Below, one piece after another: positions 60,710 to 64,000 of a stretch of 64,000 bases of DNA. Both the position numbers and the translations under genes were made by a program. The stretch is from NCBI GenBank assembly GCA_963770895.1, contig CAVYRF010000002.1:1312001-1376000 (forward strand). The letters are read 5' to 3'. The number at the start of each line of letters is the position of its first letter. Position 1 is the first letter of the stretch. Under the pieces are notes generated by a model, which was not told the DNA's origin, did not search any database, and saw nothing but the letters and a program-made list of their open reading frames with translations. This DNA is from an uncultured Acidobacteriota bacterium (GTDB lineage: Bacteria; Acidobacteriota; Thermoanaerobaculia; Multivoradales; UBA5704).

Positions 60710-63295
60710 ATGGCGGCAGACCCGACATACCCCGACCAGTACCCCGCCGGCGACCGCAACGGCGGTTCGCGGAGCTGCCTGGGGATGGCGGCGTGGGGCG
60801 TGGCGGGGCTCGTCGTGCTGGCGATCCTGCTGGCGGCGGCGGGCGGCTTCTGGCTGCGCTCGCGGCTGACGGCCAGCCTGCCGCGCACCACCGGCGAGGT
60901 GCGGGCGGCCGGCCTGGGCGCCGCCGTGCAGATCGACCGCGACGCGTCGGGGGTGCCGACGGTGGCGGCGGCAAGCCGGCTGGATGCCGCCCTGGCGCTG
61001 GGCTTCCTGCACGCGCAGGAGCGGTTCTTCCAGATGGACCTGCTGCGCCGGTTGGCCGCCGGCGAACTGGCCGAGCTGGTGGGGCCCGGCGCGCTGCCCA
61101 CCGACCGCGATCACCGCGTGCACCGCGGCCGCGCCCTGGCGGAGAGCTGCCTGCTGCGCGCCAGCCCCCAGGAGCGGGCGCTGGTCGCGGCCTACACGCG
61201 CGGCGTCAATGCCGGCCTGGCCGCGCTGGGCGGCCCGCCGCCCGAGTACCTGCTGCTGCGCACCGCTCCGGCCCCCTGGCGGGAGGCCGACTCGTATCTG
61301 GCGGTGCTCGCCATGTTCTTCAACTTGAACGATTCCCACGCCGCGACCGAGGCGATGCTGGGCGACCTGCAGGCCCGTCTGCCGCGCCCGCTGTACGAGT
61401 TCATCGAGCCGATCGGCACCGAATGGGACGCGCCGCTGGCCGGCGCCGCCTACACCACGCCGCCCATCCCCGGCCCCGACGTCCTGGATCTGCGCCAGGG
61501 ACCGGTGCCCCCGGCACCCAGGCGACCGCCGCGAGTGGCGGCCGCCACCGACGCGGCGCGGCCGCTGCTGGCAAACAGCCCACCGGCATCCGACGCCGCG
61601 CTCGCCACGCTCGCCACCCTCCCAGCCGGCGGCGGCATCCTGCCCGACCCGGCCGACCTGGATGCGGCGCAGCCGTTCGCCGCCGCCACCGGCAGCAACA
61701 ACTGGGCGGTGTCCGGCGCGCACACCGCCGACGGCGGCGCGCTGCTCGCCAACGACATGCACCTGGGCCTGTCGCTGCCCAACGTCTGGTACCGCGCCGT
61801 GCTGCGCTGGCGCGACGCCGGCGGTGCCCAGCGGCAGCTTGCCGGCGTCACCCTGCCGGGCACGCCGGGGGTGGCGGTCGGCAGCAACGGCCACGTCGCC
61901 TGGGGCTTCACCAACAGTTATGGCGACTGGACCGATCTCATCGACCTGGAGCTGGACCCCAAGGACCCCGACGTCTACATGACGCCCGCCGGGCCGCGCC
62001 ACTTCCTCCACCAGCACGAGCGCATCGCGGTGAAGGGCCGTCCCGACCAGGACCTGGACGTGCTCGCAACGATCTGGGGACCGGTGATCGAACGCACCGT
62101 CGGCCACCGGCGCGCGCTGGCGTGGACGGCGCACCACCCCGAAGCGCTCAATCTCTCCCTGGCGGCCCTGGAAGATGCGACCACCGTCGCGCAGGCGATC
62201 GAGGCGGCGCACGGCGCCGGCATCCCGCCGCAGAACTTCACCGTCGTCGACGACCACGGCCACATCGGCTGGACCATCATCGGCAAGATCCCGCGCCGGG
62301 TGGGTTTCGACGGCCGCACCCCGACCTCGTGGGCGGACGGGCGCCGCTCGTGGAACGGCTGGGTCTCCTCGGCCGAGGTGCCGCAGGTGGTGGACCCGCC
62401 CTCGGGCCGCATCTGGACCGCCAACGCGCGCACCATGGACGGCCAGCCGCTGGCGCTGCTGGGCAACAGCGGCTACGACCTGGGCGCCCGCGCCCAGCAG
62501 ATCCGCGACGACCTGCTGCGGCTGGAGGGCGCCACCCCGCGCGACCTGCTGGCGATCCAGCTCGACGACCGCGCCGTGCTGATGGCGCGCTGGCACACCC
62601 TGCTGCTTGCCGTGCTGACTCCCCAGGCGGTCCAGGCCGATCCGCGCCGCGCCACGCTGCGACGCGTCGTCCTCGGCGACTGGGACGGCAGAGCCAGCAT
62701 TGCGTCGGTCGGCTATCGCGCAGTGCGCGCCTTCCGCGGCCAGGTCGCGCTGCACACCTTCGCCAGCCTGACCGGTCTGGGCTCGGGCGAACGGGGAGCT
62801 CAGGCCCTGCGGCTCAGCAAGCAGTTCGAGGGCCCGCTGTGGCGGCTGGTCACCGAACGACCGCCGCACCTTCTGGCGCGACGCTACGCCACCTGGGATG
62901 CGGCGCTGCTGGCCGCCGCTGACGCCACGATCGCCCAGGCGGGAGCCAAGGGCCTGGACGGCCATCCCTGGGGCGAGCGCAACGCCCTGGCCGTGCGCCA
63001 CCCGCTGTCGCGCGTCCTGCCGTTCCTGTCGGGAGTGCTCGACGTGCCGGCCCACTGGATGCCCGGCGACACCGACATGCCGCGCGTGCAGGGCCCCAGC
63101 TTCGGCGCCTCCGAACGCCTGGTGGTGTCGCCGGGGCGTGAGGCCCAGGGCCTGTTCGAGATGCCGGGCGGTGAGAGCGGCCACTTCCTGTCGCCGCACT
63201 ACCGCGACGGCGAAGCCGCCTGGGAGCGCGGCCTGCCGACGCCGCTGCTGCCCGGCTCGACCGTCGCCACCCTGCGCCTGGTGCCGGCCGGCTAG
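60710..63295 (+). CDS. Penicillin acylase family Ntn-hydrolase
   Basis: GFLHAQERFFQMD, GSNNW (nucleophile Ser), ANDMHL, WGFTN, PGGESG. Confidence 0.94.
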   Translation: MAADPTYPDQYPAGDRNGGSRSCLGMAAWGVAGLVVLAILLAAAGGFWLRSRLTASLPRTTGEVRAAGLGAAVQIDRDASGVPTVAAASRLDAALALGFLHAQERFFQMDLLRRLAAGELAELVGPGALPTDRDHRVHRGRALAESCLLRASPQERALVAAYTRGVNAGLAALGGPPPEYLLLRTAPAPWREADSYLAVLAMFFNLNDSHAATEAMLGDLQARLPRPLYEFIEPIGTEWDAPLAGAAYTTPPIPGPDVLDLRQGPVPPAPRRPPRVAAATDAARPLLANSPPASDAALATLATLPAGGGILPDPADLDAAQPFAAATGSNNWAVSGAHTADGGALLANDMHLGLSLPNVWYRAVLRWRDAGGAQRQLAGVTLPGTPGVAVGSNGHVAWGFTNSYGDWTDLIDLELDPKDPDVYMTPAGPRHFLHQHERIAVKGRPDQDLDVLATIWGPVIERTVGHRRALAWTAHHPEALNLSLAALEDATTVAQAIEAAHGAGIPPQNFTVVDDHGHIGWTIIGKIPRRVGFDGRTPTSWADGRRSWNGWVSSAEVPQVVDPPSGRIWTANARTMDGQPLALLGNSGYDLGARAQQIRDDLLRLEGATPRDLLAIQLDDRAVLMARWHTLLLAVLTPQAVQADPRRATLRRVVLGDWDGRASIASVGYRAVRAFRGQVALHTFASLTGLGSGERGAQALRLSKQFEGPLWRLVTERPPHLLARRYATWDAALLAAADATIAQAGAKGLDGHPWGERNALAVRHPLSRVLPFLSGVLDVPAHWMPGDTDMPRVQGPSFGASERLVVSPGREAQGLFEMPGGESGHFLSPHYRDGEAAWERGLPTPLLPGSTVATLRLVPAG

Positions 63296-63322
63296 CGGCG
63301 GGCCGGCCGGGGATCTGCGGCC

Positions 63323-63727
63323 TTACGCCAGCGGCTTTTCGGCCATCAGCGCCAGCAGGTTGTCTTCGCTGTCGTAGAAGTCGGCCAGCCACAGCTCGTG
63401 GTCGGGCATGCGGGCGACCAGGTGGGGGGCCTGCTCGAAGCGGACGCCGCGCGCCGCGAGGGCGGCATGGGCGGCGTCGATGTCGGCGACGCGGTAGTAC
63501 AGGATGGACGCCTTGTGGTCGAGGTCGGGGCGTTCCGCCCTGGCGAGCATCAGGCGCAGGCCGCCGCAGTCGAAGAAGCTCAGCGCCGGGCCGGCGGCGA
63601 ACAGAAAGCGCATGCCGAGCGTGTCGCGATAAAACGCCGTGGCCCGCGCCACGTCCTGCACGTTGACGGCGACCTGGCCGATCTGCGAGAGCCCGGCGAA
63701 CGCGGCGCCGTCGGTCGTTTCGGTCAT
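63323..63727 (-). CDS. VOC/glyoxalase family protein
   Basis: IGQVAVNV...FYRDTLG...FFDCGG...FYDSEDN. Confidence 0.88.
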   Translation of the reverse strand: MTETTDGAAFAGLSQIGQVAVNVQDVARATAFYRDTLGMRFLFAAGPALSFFDCGGLRLMLARAERPDLDHKASILYYRVADIDAAHAALAARGVRFEQAPHLVARMPDHELWLADFYDSEDNLLALMAEKPLA

Positions 63728-63742
63728 CGTGGTTGGAACCGC

Positions 63743-64000
63743 TCAGTTGACGGCGTGCGGTGCGGCCAGGCCGAAGGGCGCGATGGCGGCGTCGAAGGCG
63801 CCGCCGTCCTTGTAGACCATGCGGTAGGAGCCGTGCATGGAGCCCACCGCCGTCGGCAGCGGGCAGAAGCTGGTGTATTCGAAGCTTTCACCGCGGGCGA
63901 GCACCGGCTGTTCCCCCACCACGCCGGGCCCTTCCACCCGTTGCACTTCGCCGTTGGCGTCGGTGATGATCCATTCGCGGCTCATCAGCTGCACCGTGCG
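63743..64000 (-). CDS. apaG: ApaG protein, 5'-partial
   Basis: QLMSREWIITD...GPGVVGEQP...FEYTS...GSMHG. Confidence 0.92.
   Translation of the reverse strand, partial: RTVQLMSREWIITDANGEVQRVEGPGVVGEQPVLARGESFEYTSFCPLPTAVGSMHGSYRMVYKDGGAFDAAIAPFGLAAPHAVN

Overview
High-GC bacterial chromosomal window. The ADOP-type permease, the secreted-protein C-terminal domain and the peptide leaders suggest Acidobacteriota, probably Thermoanaerobaculia-like (inference). The backbone carries sucA, purEK, gltX with tRNA-Gln, tkt, an RND efflux trio, an ECF sigma/anti-sigma operon, a cysteine/cystathionine synthase, an OPT transporter, an S1/P1 nuclease, a UbiD-family enzyme, a penicillin acylase and apaG. 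Accessory parts: (1) an intact ISAzo13; (2) toxin-antitoxin clusters next to tRNA 3' ends; (3) an ~11.5 kb element integrated in tRNA-Ser(GCT), bounded by 22-bp att repeats at 26801 and 38347. The element encodes a tyrosine integrase, a TraD-like ATPase, RadC, DUF932, a candidate defence gene pair, and a nested serine recombinase::IS21::group II intron relic. Most notable observations: three dispersed orphan RiPP-like precursor peptides sharing an LxLxxE(T/S)LRxL...GG leader; an integrase whose C-terminus would switch to an AT-hook-like RRRGRPKGS tail on excision; a putatively sigma54-driven REC-DUF4388 plus triple Roadblock module; and a membrane protein with a ubiquitin-like C-terminus. All family assignments come from motif recognition by eye; no database searches were run.
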